This document shows positions 1-9,245 of a stretch of DNA of 32,000 bases, one piece after another. Below the pieces are notes generated by a model, which worked only from the letters and a program-made list of their open reading frames with translations, had not been told where the DNA came from and searched no databases. The stretch's first letter is position 1, and the number at the start of each line of letters is the position of its first letter. The position numbers were made by a program, and so were the translations under genes. The stretch is from contig JAUWMV010000001.1 of NCBI GenBank assembly GCA_030613005.1, forward strand, positions 107,289 through 139,288. The letters are read 5' to 3'. Source of the stretch: a bacterium. Lineage in GTDB: Bacteria > UBP14 > UBA6098 > B30-G16.

Positions 1-1
1 A

Positions 2-625
2 GAGAAGAAGCCTGTATGGGTTTCTATGGGGAGAATTGCAGGTAGTGGTGGATATTATGTTGCAACTCCTGCTGAAAAAATTTATGCAAGCAAAACTACA
101 ATTACCGGGTCCATTGGTGTTTATGGAGGCAAATTTTCACTCTCAAATTTATTTGATAAGTTGGGACTAACGGTTAATCGAATTTACCTTTCGCCTAATG
201 CCAATATATGGTCGCTCTTAGATACATTTACAGTTTCCCAACGTGAGAGATATAGGAAGAATATGCTCTATACATACGATATCTTTAAGGATCGAGTTCT
301 CGAGGGTCGCAGTGGTTTGAATGCAGATTCTCTCGAAAAAATGGCACAAGGAAAAATTCATATGGGTTTAACAGCTAAACGTCTTGGACTTATCGATGAA
401 ATAGGTGGATTTTCACAGGTTGTGAATGACCTTTCTAATAAACTTAACCTTAAAGATGAGTATGAAATAAAAATTTATTCTCATTATCCGAGATTTGGAC
501 TTTTGATGACATTGTCTCAGCTTGGATTAATTCCGGAAGGCTTAAATTTGGATATTCTAGGGGATGCATTATATTTCAATGAGGATTTTATTTATTTAGT
601 TCCATATAAAATCGAGCTCAAATAA
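2..625 (+). CDS. sppA: signal peptide peptidase SppA, C-terminal part (5' end lies upstream of the window)
   Basis: The frame is open from nt 2 (EKKPVWVSMGRIAGSGGYYVATPAEKIYA...TITGSIGVYGG). The GSGGYY and TGSIGV motifs are typical of 36K-type SppA. Stop TAA at 623-625. Confidence 0.8.
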   Translation, partial: EKKPVWVSMGRIAGSGGYYVATPAEKIYASKTTITGSIGVYGGKFSLSNLFDKLGLTVNRIYLSPNANIWSLLDTFTVSQRERYRKNMLYTYDIFKDRVLEGRSGLNADSLEKMAQGKIHMGLTAKRLGLIDEIGGFSQVVNDLSNKLNLKDEYEIKIYSHYPRFGLLMTLSQLGLIPEGLNLDILGDALYFNEDFIYLVPYKIELK

Positions 626-634
626 GGCATAAAA

Positions 635-1657
635 ATGAAAATCGCAATCGTCGGTGCAACAGGTTTGGTTGGCAGGATTATGATCGATGAGCTTGCCTCC
701 GGTGATTTTGATATTCCTATTCACAAGCTATTTCTTATTGCCTCTGGTGATTCAGCGGGGAAAAAAATTAGATTCAAAAAGGAAGATATTTACGTTCATT
801 CTTTGATAGAGCAAGATATTCCCGCTGTCGATATTGCTTTGTTTGCGGTAGATTCTGCTCTTGCTATTGAATATGTCCCCAAATTCATAAAAAAGGGAGC
901 GATAGTTATCGATAATTCCTCCGCTTTTAGACTTAAAGAAAATGCACCTCTAATAGTTCCTGAGGTTAATCCCGACTTGATTGCCAATTCAGAATTGATT
1001 GCCAATCCCAACTGTTCCACGATACAATTAGTCGTGGTTTTAAAACCTCTTATGAAATTTGGATTGGCAAAGGTTTTTGTTGCTACGTATCAGGGTATTT
1101 CCGGTGCAGGAAAAGATGCACTTATGAGTTTTATTAAGGAGTGTAAAAATACTTCAGAACATATACAGAATGTTTCTTTGCTGAATATTCTTGGCAAAAA
1201 TCCGGTTATAAGTGATGAGTTGATCCCATTTTTTGGAAATGTTATTCCAGCTATCGGAAATTTGAATAGTTGTGGTGACAGTGCAGAGGAAACCAAACTG
1301 AAACTCGAGACAAGGAAAATTCTGAATATTCCAGATATGCAAATATTCGTTACAGCAGTTAGAGTTCCCGTTATTAATGCACATAGTGAGGTCGTTTTTG
1401 TCGAGTTTGAATGTGAGATAGAATATAAAGAAATCGTTAGCTCATTACAATCTGCTGCGGGAATAGAGTTCGACGAACCGTATCCTACTCCTATTCATGT
1501 TACTGGTTGTCGCAAGGTTTATGTGGGCAGAATTAGACAGGATACCGAAAATAAAAAAATCTATCAGTTTTTTATCGTAGCGGATAATCTTAGAAAAGGT
1601 GCTGCTACGAATGCTCTTCAAATTGCTGAGGAAATTGCCAAAAGAAAACCGGTATGA
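635..1657 (+). CDS. asd: aspartate-semialdehyde dehydrogenase
   Basis: N-terminal Rossmann motif MKIAIVGATGLVGR. Active-site region IANPNCSTIQ (catalytic Cys). C-terminal DNLRKGAATNALQIAE, typical of Asd. Confidence 0.9.
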   Translation: MKIAIVGATGLVGRIMIDELASGDFDIPIHKLFLIASGDSAGKKIRFKKEDIYVHSLIEQDIPAVDIALFAVDSALAIEYVPKFIKKGAIVIDNSSAFRLKENAPLIVPEVNPDLIANSELIANPNCSTIQLVVVLKPLMKFGLAKVFVATYQGISGAGKDALMSFIKECKNTSEHIQNVSLLNILGKNPVISDELIPFFGNVIPAIGNLNSCGDSAEETKLKLETRKILNIPDMQIFVTAVRVPVINAHSEVVFVEFECEIEYKEIVSSLQSAAGIEFDEPYPTPIHVTGCRKVYVGRIRQDTENKKIYQFFIVADNLRKGAATNALQIAEEIAKRKPV

Positions 1658-1737
1658 AAACAAAAAACCTATGAAGGTTTATTATATTGAATTAGGTAAT
1701 AATATTGCTTCAAAAGGATTGAAAGTTTGACAGTTTA

Positions 1738-1920
1738 TTAGAATTCACCAGGTCTTTTTGCTCTAAACTTCTCGAATAATCCCCAGACAATTATTGTAAG
1801 CAAAATTTCGAATAAATATACTACAGTCATAAATTCTCGACTTAGACCGAATGCAAGGGTAAGAACAAACGGTATTAGAGCAACAATTAACCAAAAAAAC
1901 CAGTTATGAATTATTCTCAT
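1738..1920 (-). CDS. small membrane protein, 60 aa, two predicted TM helices, unknown function
   Basis: Two hydrophobic helices (WFFWLIVALIPFVLTLAFGL and VVYLFEILLTIIVWGLF). GAGGA Shine-Dalgarno (reverse complement of 1925-1929) lies 4 nt upstream of the ATG. Basic C-terminus. Confidence 0.5.
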   Translation of the reverse strand: MRIIHNWFFWLIVALIPFVLTLAFGLSREFMTVVYLFEILLTIIVWGLFEKFRAKRPGEF

Positions 1921-1973
1921 TGTGTCCTCGCATTTTTAAATTGCTATCTTACGATAATATTATAAAATAGAAC

Positions 1974-2498
1974 GTGAAAGGTCAAGAGGAAACGGAGGTT
2001 GTCTTGACTTCCAATATTAACCGTCCAACATGGGATGAGTATTTTATGGCTGTAGCTTTTCTTGTATCTTCACGATCAACATGCTTGCGAAGAAAAGTGG
2101 GAGCAATATTGGTTAGAGATAGAAGAATCTTAGCCACTGGTTACAATGGACCGCCATCGGGATTTCCTCATTGTGATGAGATAGGTTGTCTAAGAGAGAA
2201 ATTGAAAATTCCGTCAGGTCAACGGCAGGAACTTTGCTGGGGAATTCATGCCGAACAAAATGCAATAATTCAGGCAGCATTATTTGGTGTTTCTACCCGG
2301 AATTCTAAGTTATACGCTACGACAAAACCGTGTATAACTTGTGCTAAAATTCTTGCAAACGCTGGGGTCGATGAAATATACATTTCACAAGATTATCCTG
2401 ATGAATTTTCGGATAAAATTTTCAGTGAGTTAAACATTAAGGTTTCATTCATTCCTAAACCTAATATTCATTTTTTGGATTATCAGGAGAGCAAATAA
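1974..2498 (+). CDS. comEB: dCMP deaminase (ComEB/CMP-dCMP deaminase zinc-binding family)
   Basis: HAEQNAI (zinc ligand and catalytic Glu) and PCITCAKIL (CxxC zinc ligands). [13 protein letters not shown]-terminus is typical of dCMP deaminases. Start is uncertain: GTG 1974, or TTG 2004 preceded by GGAGG at 1994-1998. Confidence 0.85.
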   Translation: MKGQEETEVVLTSNINRPTWDEYFMAVAFLVSSRSTCLRRKVGAILVRDRRILATGYNGPPSGFPHCDEIGCLREKLKIPSGQRQELCWGIHAEQNAIIQAALFGVSTRNSKLYATTKPCITCAKILANAGVDEIYISQDYPDEFSDKIFSELNIKVSFIPKPNIHFLDYQESK

Positions 2499-3001
2499 TG
2501 AAATGTCCATATTGCGGAGAATTGGATGATCACGTTGTGGATTCTCGGTTAGTCCGCGATGGACTGGCAATAAGAAGAAGAAGGGAATGCCAGTCTTGTA
2601 AAAAGCGCTTTACAACATATGAATACATCGAAAGATCTCCTTTACTTATCATTAAACGTAATGGAAATAGAGAGAACTATCAACGTGAAAAGTTACTTAA
2701 AGGGATTAGAGATGCTTGTCATAAACGCGTTATTTCTGCTGATGCTATTGATAATTTAGTGGATGATATCGAAGCTGAAATTTTTTCATTAGGAATGTCA
2801 GAAGTTCCATCAATGAAAATTGGTGTTATTGTTATGGATTACCTGAGGAAACTCGATGAGGTTGCATATGTGAGATTTGCATCGGTTTACAGGGAGTTTA
2901 AAGACGTTGAGGAGTTCAAGGAAATTTTAGTTGAGTTGAATAATCTCAAGCAATCGGAGGCTCTTAGAGAAGCTCAGCTTCCAATTGTAAAGGAGGAATA
3001 A
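2498..3001 (+). CDS. nrdR: transcriptional repressor NrdR
   Basis: MKCPYCG...CQSCKKRFTTYE zinc ribbon followed by an ATP-cone (LLKGIRDACHKR...AYVRFASVYREF). The start overlaps the upstream stop (TAATG). Confidence 0.92.
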   Translation: MKCPYCGELDDHVVDSRLVRDGLAIRRRRECQSCKKRFTTYEYIERSPLLIIKRNGNRENYQREKLLKGIRDACHKRVISADAIDNLVDDIEAEIFSLGMSEVPSMKIGVIVMDYLRKLDEVAYVRFASVYREFKDVEEFKEILVELNNLKQSEALREAQLPIVKEE

Positions 3002-4593
3002 TGTATAAGTCGATTATTTTAATTATCATTATCGCAATATCTGTATCTTTTACTCAAATGCCAGATGTAAACGTCTTCCATAATAATAAGCTTGAGCTGT
3101 TGGCTGTATTATCTTATTATGCAATGGATTCCGTTGATAGAGAGAATTACCTTTTCACAGATTCAAATGCTTTCCTTAATAATGTCACTGCATATTTCGA
3201 TTCTTTCTCAGGTCATAGAGCAATTAAAATGTACAGCAATTTGTTAGATAAAGGTTTGACAATCGAAGAGGCATGTTTTGTGCTTTTTCACTACAGAGAT
3301 TTGCCAGAAATGGAGCTTGAATACCCTATAGAAAATGTTGAGGGTTTTATCGATGGTATGAACCAAAAGAAAACGATAAAGGAATTAAAAAAGTGGGTCA
3401 ACGAGGTACGTTATTTCTCACACGAGACGATTTTTTTTGAGTTTCTTAATAATAACATTGAAGTGATATTTCCAAGCCTCACAACTGCAATTAATTATAT
3501 AAATTCAAAAAATATACTACCAAAAATTGCTAATTTTTACAAATTAGAAGAAAAAGATATTAAACCATATTTTTCCATGATTTTTAAGGGTGGATTTTCT
3601 TTTATGTCTCCAGGTGGTTTATATTGCTCTGTCTACGGACCGATTAGTTCAGATGGTCAATTTGTACAATTTATTGATGATTCGTTGGCTCAAAGAGTTA
3701 AATTGAACATTTCAGAAATTATAGTAGATAGTTTTGTTAACTTTTATAAAGACAGTATAATGCAGTCTAATATATTATATAACATTCTTGGTGATGATGC
3801 AAAAAAGGAATGTAGTGATTGGTTTTGTGCAGTGAAGAAACAGATAATATATGCATCACTGCCCAACCTGAGTGAAGATAATATTGAAGATATGATATTT
3901 TTTATTAGTTCAACAGAAAAGGGATATATATTCACTCCTTTTATCTCGCAAATTATGAAAGGTATAAAGCGGAATGCTAAATCGTTTAATGATATAATTA
4001 ATACTATTAATTTACATATCAACGGCATAGCTATAAACAATCCATTAATTCAAAGATATATGAAGCAGAGCCAAAGAAGTGATGTTAATAAGGAAAAGTA
4101 TATAGAGAAAAAATTAATAGCTTTAAAAAAGTCTGGTGTAAGAAAAGAAATGAAAGAGTATCTAAATATAGAATTGGAATCGCTATGGAGAACTGCATTA
4201 GGTTTCTGTAATGAGATTAAATATGAGACGATGATTAAGATAATAAATTTGAAGAGCATAAATGATTATAGTAACTCTATCCCGATAATAGAATGCATGT
4301 TATCCGATAGTTCTGGGAAAGGAATTAAATATTGGCAGGCAAAGCTTTTAATAGCAGAGATATATATAAAGGAAAATAATCTAGACAAAGCTGCTATTGA
4401 AGCAAAATCAGTTGAACTTGCAGAGATAGATAGTAATGTAACTGCAAATGCAATATGGATATTGGGAAGAATTGCTGAACATAAAGGTGACAAGATAATG
4501 GCTAAACAATATTATCAAAAAGCGTTAGAAGTATTCCCTGAATATCCTGAGGTTAAAATATCACTTTCAGCATTAGAAGATAAAGGATTGTAA
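3001..4593 (+). CDS. hypothetical exported/membrane-anchored protein with C-terminal TPR-like repeats
   Basis: Hydrophobic N-terminus MYKSIILIIIIAISVSF. The N-terminal half (KLELLAVLSYYA...VTAYFDSFSGHRAIKMY) resembles, from memory only, DUF4932-type proteins. The C-terminus (WQAKLLIAEIYIKENNLDKA...AKQYYQKALEVFPEYPE) is TPR-like. The start overlaps the nrdR stop (TAATG). Confidence 0.6.
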   Translation: MYKSIILIIIIAISVSFTQMPDVNVFHNNKLELLAVLSYYAMDSVDRENYLFTDSNAFLNNVTAYFDSFSGHRAIKMYSNLLDKGLTIEEACFVLFHYRDLPEMELEYPIENVEGFIDGMNQKKTIKELKKWVNEVRYFSHETIFFEFLNNNIEVIFPSLTTAINYINSKNILPKIANFYKLEEKDIKPYFSMIFKGGFSFMSPGGLYCSVYGPISSDGQFVQFIDDSLAQRVKLNISEIIVDSFVNFYKDSIMQSNILYNILGDDAKKECSDWFCAVKKQIIYASLPNLSEDNIEDMIFFISSTEKGYIFTPFISQIMKGIKRNAKSFNDIINTINLHINGIAINNPLIQRYMKQSQRSDVNKEKYIEKKLIALKKSGVRKEMKEYLNIELESLWRTALGFCNEIKYETMIKIINLKSINDYSNSIPIIECMLSDSSGKGIKYWQAKLLIAEIYIKENNLDKAAIEAKSVELAEIDSNVTANAIWILGRIAEHKGDKIMAKQYYQKALEVFPEYPEVKISLSALEDKGL

Positions 4594-4596
4594 AAT

Positions 4597-5622
4597 ATGG
4601 TCATAGAAAAAGATAGACTTCAAAAAATAATAATCTCAATTAAGAAGAAAAAAATTGCCGTAATAGGCGATATAATGTTAGATAGGTATATATGGGGTGA
4701 TGTTGAGAGAATATCTCCTGAGGCACCTGTTCCTGTTGTAAAAGTTAAGACAGAAACAGAACGACCGGGAGGTGCTGCTAATGTTGCATGGAATATAAAA
4801 GAATTAGAAGCGGAACCGATTATTGTAAGTGTTATTGGAAAAGATACTTTCGGAGAAATTCTAAAAGAAAGCCTTGAAGGACTGAGAATAAAAACAAAAT
4901 ACATAATAGAAGATATAAGAAGAACAACAACAACTAAAACAAGAATAATAGCTAACAATCAACAGATTACAAGAGTTGACAGAGAGAGTAATAATGATTT
5001 AAGAGATAACCTAAGGAAAAAGGTTTTGGAAAAATTTATGGAAATTATCCATTCCGTCTCGGTCGTTGTAATTTCTGATTATGGAAAAGGAGTTGTCACT
5101 TCTTGGCTTTTAAAGAGAATAATTTCGGAAACCATTAGAAAAAAGGTCTTTATTATTGTTGATCCTAAGGAGAGTCATTTTAAACTTTATAATGGAGCTT
5201 CACTAATCACTCCGAACGAAAAGGAAGCTGGGAATGCAGTGTCGATAAAAATTTGTGATGAGAAATCTCTGATAAAGGCTGGAAAAAAATTAAAAACTCT
5301 TTCAAAGGTAGACAATATTTTGATAACACGGGGTTCCAAAGGAATGAGTTTATTTGCTAACGATGGATATATACAGCATTTTCCCACAATGGCACGTCAA
5401 GTTTTTGACATTACAGGTGCAGGTGATACAGTTGTTGCTGCATTGGCAGCTGCGATAAGTTCCGGTGCATCATTGCGAGAAGCAGCGATATTTTCATCTC
5501 ATGCGGCAGGTATTGTGGTTGGAAAAATTGGAACAGCTACTGCAACTGCTGATGAAATTATAGCAAGTATTAGGATGGAAGAGAATAAAAAGTATAATGT
5601 TGATCATGTACCGAAAAGATGA
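4597..5622 (+). CDS. hldA: D-glycero-beta-D-manno-heptose-7-phosphate kinase (RfaE domain I / HldA-type, PfkB family; kinase domain only)
   Basis: IAVIGDIMLDRYIWGDVERISPEAPVPVV N-terminus is typical of RfaE domain I. PfkB signature DITGAGDTVVAALAAAI. No C-terminal adenylyltransferase domain at 341 aa. Confidence 0.8.
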   Translation: MVIEKDRLQKIIISIKKKKIAVIGDIMLDRYIWGDVERISPEAPVPVVKVKTETERPGGAANVAWNIKELEAEPIIVSVIGKDTFGEILKESLEGLRIKTKYIIEDIRRTTTTKTRIIANNQQITRVDRESNNDLRDNLRKKVLEKFMEIIHSVSVVVISDYGKGVVTSWLLKRIISETIRKKVFIIVDPKESHFKLYNGASLITPNEKEAGNAVSIKICDEKSLIKAGKKLKTLSKVDNILITRGSKGMSLFANDGYIQHFPTMARQVFDITGAGDTVVAALAAAISSGASLREAAIFSSHAAGIVVGKIGTATATADEIIASIRMEENKKYNVDHVPKR

Positions 5623-5711
5623 GAAAATATTTTCTTTAATTTATTATGTAATATAACATATATTAAGAAAAATTCTAATAATCTAATAAGAAGAAGTTTG
5701 GAATAAGCAAA

Positions 5712-6098
5712 ATGTTTGAGCTTTCAGTAAAAGGTACGTTTTCTGCTGCACATAATATATGTGGATATGAGGGAGAATGTGCAAATATTCACGGACACAA
5801 CTGGGTTGTTGAAATTCGTGTTGGCGCAGATAAGCTCGATAGAATAGGTATGTCCTTGGATTTTAAAGTAATTAAGAAGATTTTAATGAAAGTAATAGGT
5901 TCCCTCGATCACACATATTTAAACGAAAATCCATTTTTATCGGGTTTGAATCCTACTGCCGAAAATCTTGCGATAGTTATTTCAAAAGGTATGTCTAGTC
6001 TGCTCCCTGAAAATGCAAAATTAATTGCTGTAACTGTTTGGGAATCGGATAATTCATCTATAACATATTATAGTCAGGAAAGTTATTTGAGAGATTGA
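5712..6098 (+). CDS. queD: 6-carboxy-5,6,7,8-tetrahydropterin synthase (queuosine biosynthesis)
   Basis: FSAAHNI...CANIHGHNWVVEIRV...LDHTYLNE motifs of the PTPS/QueD family. The size (128 aa) fits. Confidence 0.85.
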   Translation: MFELSVKGTFSAAHNICGYEGECANIHGHNWVVEIRVGADKLDRIGMSLDFKVIKKILMKVIGSLDHTYLNENPFLSGLNPTAENLAIVISKGMSSLLPENAKLIAVTVWESDNSSITYYSQESYLRD

Positions 6099-6160
6099 AA
6101 AAATAATTTTATCTTTATAGAATTTAATTTTTATGTTTATATCTTTATAATCGACTCTAA

Positions 6161-9025
6161 TTAACTTGAAATCGGAATAGCTTTTTTCTTCAGGAATTTT
6201 CTTAAAAAACTACCTGTAATCGATTTTTCGGTTTGGGCAATTTTTTCAGGTGTTCCTTGACCTACAATTTCTCCACCTGCATCTCCACCATCCGGTCCTA
6301 AGTCAATTATCCAATCGGAATGAGCTATTACATCGAGATTATGCTCGATAATCAGAACTGTATTACGCTTTTCAACAAGTTTGTCAAGTACACCAAGGAG
6401 CACTTTGACATCGAATGCATGAAGTCCGACTGTTGGTTCGTCGAGGATGTAGATTGTGTTCCCAGTGGCTGTATGTGACAACTCTCTGGACAGTTTAACT
6501 CGTTGAGCCTCTCCACCAGACAAAGTTGTTGCAGGTTGACCCAATTTTATATATCCAAGACCTACATCTCTGACAACTTTAAGTTTTTTAGCGATTGGAG
6601 GGATATTTTCAAATAGACTCAATGCTTCCTCAACTGTCATATTCAAAACATCAGCAATGGATTTTCCCTTATATTTTATCTCTAAAGTTTCAGGTTTGTA
6701 ACGTTTTCCTTTACATTCTTCGCATTTAATATAGATATCCGGAAGGAAGTGCATTTCAAGCTTTATAACGCCGTTACCTTTACAGGACTCGCAACGACCA
6801 CCGCGAACATTGAATGAAAATCTTCCTGGTTTATAACCTCTTGCTCTCGATTCTGGTAAAGATGCGAATAATTCTCTTATAGGACCGAAAACCTTCGTGT
6901 ATGTTGCAGGATTCGACCTTGGAGTGCGACCTATTGGGGATTGATCTATGTTTATTACTTTATCGAGATTATTTAAACCTTCTATTCTCTTATAATTTAA
7001 TGGCTTACGATGAGCTCTGTGATAATATCGAGCTAATATAGGATACAATGTTTCGTTTACGAGAGTACTCTTTCCTGAGCCAGATACACCAGTTATACAA
7101 ACAAATTGACCAAGTGGGATTTTTACATTGATATTTTTAAGATTGTGTCCTTTAGCACCAAATAAAGTTAAATTCCAACTATTTCCTTTTCGACGTTTAG
7201 TGGGTATCGGGATTTTAAGTTTACCGTTCAAATATTGACCAGTGAGGCTTTTGGTTTCCTTGCGTATAGATTCTAGATCCCCTGTTGCAACAATTTTTCC
7301 ACCTTGAATACCTGCACCAGGGCCAAGGTCCACAATGAAATCCGCGTTTTCAATTACTAGTCTATCATGTTCAACAATAATAACCGTATTGCCAAGTTCT
7401 TTGAGCTGTATTAAAGTATTGATAAGCCTTTCCGTATCCCTTGAATGAAGACCTATTGTGGGTTCATCGAGCACATAAAGAACACCTACAAGTCTGGAGC
7501 CGATTTGTGTGGCGAGATGTATTCTCTGTGCTTCACCACCCGATAATGAATGCGAGACTCTATCCAAGGTTAAATATCCAACTCCGACATCGCATAGGAA
7601 GTTTAATCGGTCACTTATTTCTTTTATTATTTGCTTAGCAATCTTGTTTTGAGTCGTGGTTAATTTTTTGGGAAGTTCTAAGAAAAAATCTTTTGCTTCC
7701 TCGATAGAAAAAGTAATCATTTCTTGGATTGTGATACCGGCAACTTTGACAGCTCTAGATTCCGGTCTTAATCTTGAACCACCGCATTCTGAACAGTTTT
7801 GCGCAACCATAAATCGCTCAATCCAGGCTCTAATAGCATTTGAATCCGTTTGTCTATATCGTCTTTGTAAGTTTTTAATCACTCCCTCATACTTTCCTAA
7901 CCAGGTTCCTTTATGCTTTCCATTTGATGATTCGTATTCGACTTTAATTTCATCATCGCTGCCATATAGAACAATGTTTTTATGTTCTTCGCATAGAGAT
8001 TTCCATGGTTTGTGCAGAGGTATTTTATATTTATTAGCAAGTGATTTTAATTGGCTGAAATGCCAACTTCCAACGTTATCCTGCCATATTGAAATTGCAC
8101 CTTCATGAATAGAAAGTCTTAGATCAGGAATAATAAGATCTGGGTCGACTCTCATTTGGACTCCCAAACCGGAACATACAGGACACGCACCATACGGAGA
8201 ATTAAATGAGAACATTCTAGGAGAGAGCTCACTCAAGCTTGTCCCGCATATTGGGCAACCCATTTTCTCGGAATACAAAGTTATTTTTTCGGTTTCATAA
8301 TCAAGAACTGCTATCAGTCCATCACCATAAGAAAGAGTTGTTTCGACAGATTCAGCCAATCTTTGTCGATACTTATTATCAACTTTGAGTCGGTCAACAA
8401 CAAGTTCGATGGTATGCTTTTTATTCTTGTCTAAAATTATATGCTCATCCATCATGCGAATCTGGCTATCGACTCTAACGCGCAGGAAGCCTTCCTTTTG
8501 AAGCTTCTCGAAAAGTGCTTTATGCTCACCCTTTCGACCCCTAACAATGGGTGCAAGTAAAAATATTCTGTGGTTCTTCGGCATAGACAGGATACTATCA
8601 ACAATTCCCTTAACTGTCCATCGCTCAATTTGTTTACCACAAATCCAACAGTATGGTGTTCCGATTCTAGCATATAGAAGTCGCATATAATCGTATATTT
8701 CCGTTGCTGTTGCAACAGTAGATCTTGGGTTGTGTGAAGCTTTTCGTTGTTGGATTGCTATTGCAGGAGAGAGTCCATCGATTCTGTCTACGTCTGGTTT
8801 TTCCATTAATGAGAGGAACTGTCGTGCATAAGCTGAAAGAGATTCCACATATCTTCTTTGTCCTTCGGCAAATATCGTATCAAATGCGAGTGAACTCTTA
8901 CCTGAGCCGGATAAGCCAGTAATTACTATTAACTTATTCCTAGGAATCTTCACTGAAATTTCTTTCAGATTGTGTTCACGAGCTTTTTGTACGTTTATAT
9001 ATTTTTCCATTACAAGGTCTAACAT
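6161..9025 (-). CDS. uvrA: excinuclease ABC subunit A
   Basis: 954 aa. Two ABC modules (GLSGSGKSSLAFDT and GVSGSGKSTLV Walker A; LSGGEAQR signature twice). Zinc-finger CxxC pairs (CPICG...CPVCSG, CESCKG...CEECKG). Confidence 0.97.
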   Translation of the reverse strand: MLDLVMEKYINVQKAREHNLKEISVKIPRNKLIVITGLSGSGKSSLAFDTIFAEGQRRYVESLSAYARQFLSLMEKPDVDRIDGLSPAIAIQQRKASHNPRSTVATATEIYDYMRLLYARIGTPYCWICGKQIERWTVKGIVDSILSMPKNHRIFLLAPIVRGRKGEHKALFEKLQKEGFLRVRVDSQIRMMDEHIILDKNKKHTIELVVDRLKVDNKYRQRLAESVETTLSYGDGLIAVLDYETEKITLYSEKMGCPICGTSLSELSPRMFSFNSPYGACPVCSGLGVQMRVDPDLIIPDLRLSIHEGAISIWQDNVGSWHFSQLKSLANKYKIPLHKPWKSLCEEHKNIVLYGSDDEIKVEYESSNGKHKGTWLGKYEGVIKNLQRRYRQTDSNAIRAWIERFMVAQNCSECGGSRLRPESRAVKVAGITIQEMITFSIEEAKDFFLELPKKLTTTQNKIAKQIIKEISDRLNFLCDVGVGYLTLDRVSHSLSGGEAQRIHLATQIGSRLVGVLYVLDEPTIGLHSRDTERLINTLIQLKELGNTVIIVEHDRLVIENADFIVDLGPGAGIQGGKIVATGDLESIRKETKSLTGQYLNGKLKIPIPTKRRKGNSWNLTLFGAKGHNLKNINVKIPLGQFVCITGVSGSGKSTLVNETLYPILARYYHRAHRKPLNYKRIEGLNNLDKVINIDQSPIGRTPRSNPATYTKVFGPIRELFASLPESRARGYKPGRFSFNVRGGRCESCKGNGVIKLEMHFLPDIYIKCEECKGKRYKPETLEIKYKGKSIADVLNMTVEEALSLFENIPPIAKKLKVVRDVGLGYIKLGQPATTLSGGEAQRVKLSRELSHTATGNTIYILDEPTVGLHAFDVKVLLGVLDKLVEKRNTVLIIEHNLDVIAHSDWIIDLGPDGGDAGGEIVGQGTPEKIAQTEKSITGSFLRKFLKKKAIPISS

Positions 9026-9245
9026 TTAAAAGAAATTAATTGTGAATCTTAACTATAGCTAATTCTCAAAGTTCTAATACACCAAATGAAAATCATATAT
9101 GTTCATTAGCTATTGCGATTTTTTTTAAAAACCATAACTTATATAATCGTTGATTAGATTAACAAGGTCAAGATATTTGGAATGATATGTTATGAAAATT
9201 TTCAAGAGTTTAAAACTCAATGAGTTATTTGGAGGAGAGGAAGTG

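Noticed and set aside
1665-1688. Hairpin AAACCT-ATGA-AGGTTT after asd as an intrinsic terminator
   Set aside because: The stem is only 6 bp and AT-rich, and the T-tract is weak. This is not enough support to annotate.
1974-2498. Cytidine/dCMP deaminase as an anti-phage nucleotide-depletion effector
   Set aside because: It is housekeeping-sized (174 aa), has no extra kinase or sensor domain, and is translationally coupled to nrdR. This is consistent with ordinary dNTP metabolism.
5623-5711. Possible preQ1 riboswitch upstream of queD
   Set aside because: The 89-nt leader is almost pure A/T. I could not find the conserved preQ1-I/II core or any stable stem.
7441-8922. Plus-strand ORFs of 65-150 aa (7441..7638, 7656..8108, 8725..8922), plus minus-strand 8452..8715, inside the uvrA locus
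   Set aside because: They overlap the full-length, motif-rich uvrA reading frame. They have low-complexity, stop-avoiding shadow-ORF composition, with no RBS or recognisable motifs.
9055-9126. 9-bp inverted repeat ATAGCTAAT...ATTAGCTAT followed by T8, considered as an sRNA terminator
   Set aside because: The arms are 41 nt apart (too large a loop for an intrinsic terminator). The stem is AT-rich. No promoter or gene lies upstream on the + strand.
9026-9191. SOS (LexA) box upstream of uvrA
   Set aside because: No CTGT-N8-ACAG or GAAC-N4-GTTC type palindrome is present in the uvrA upstream region.
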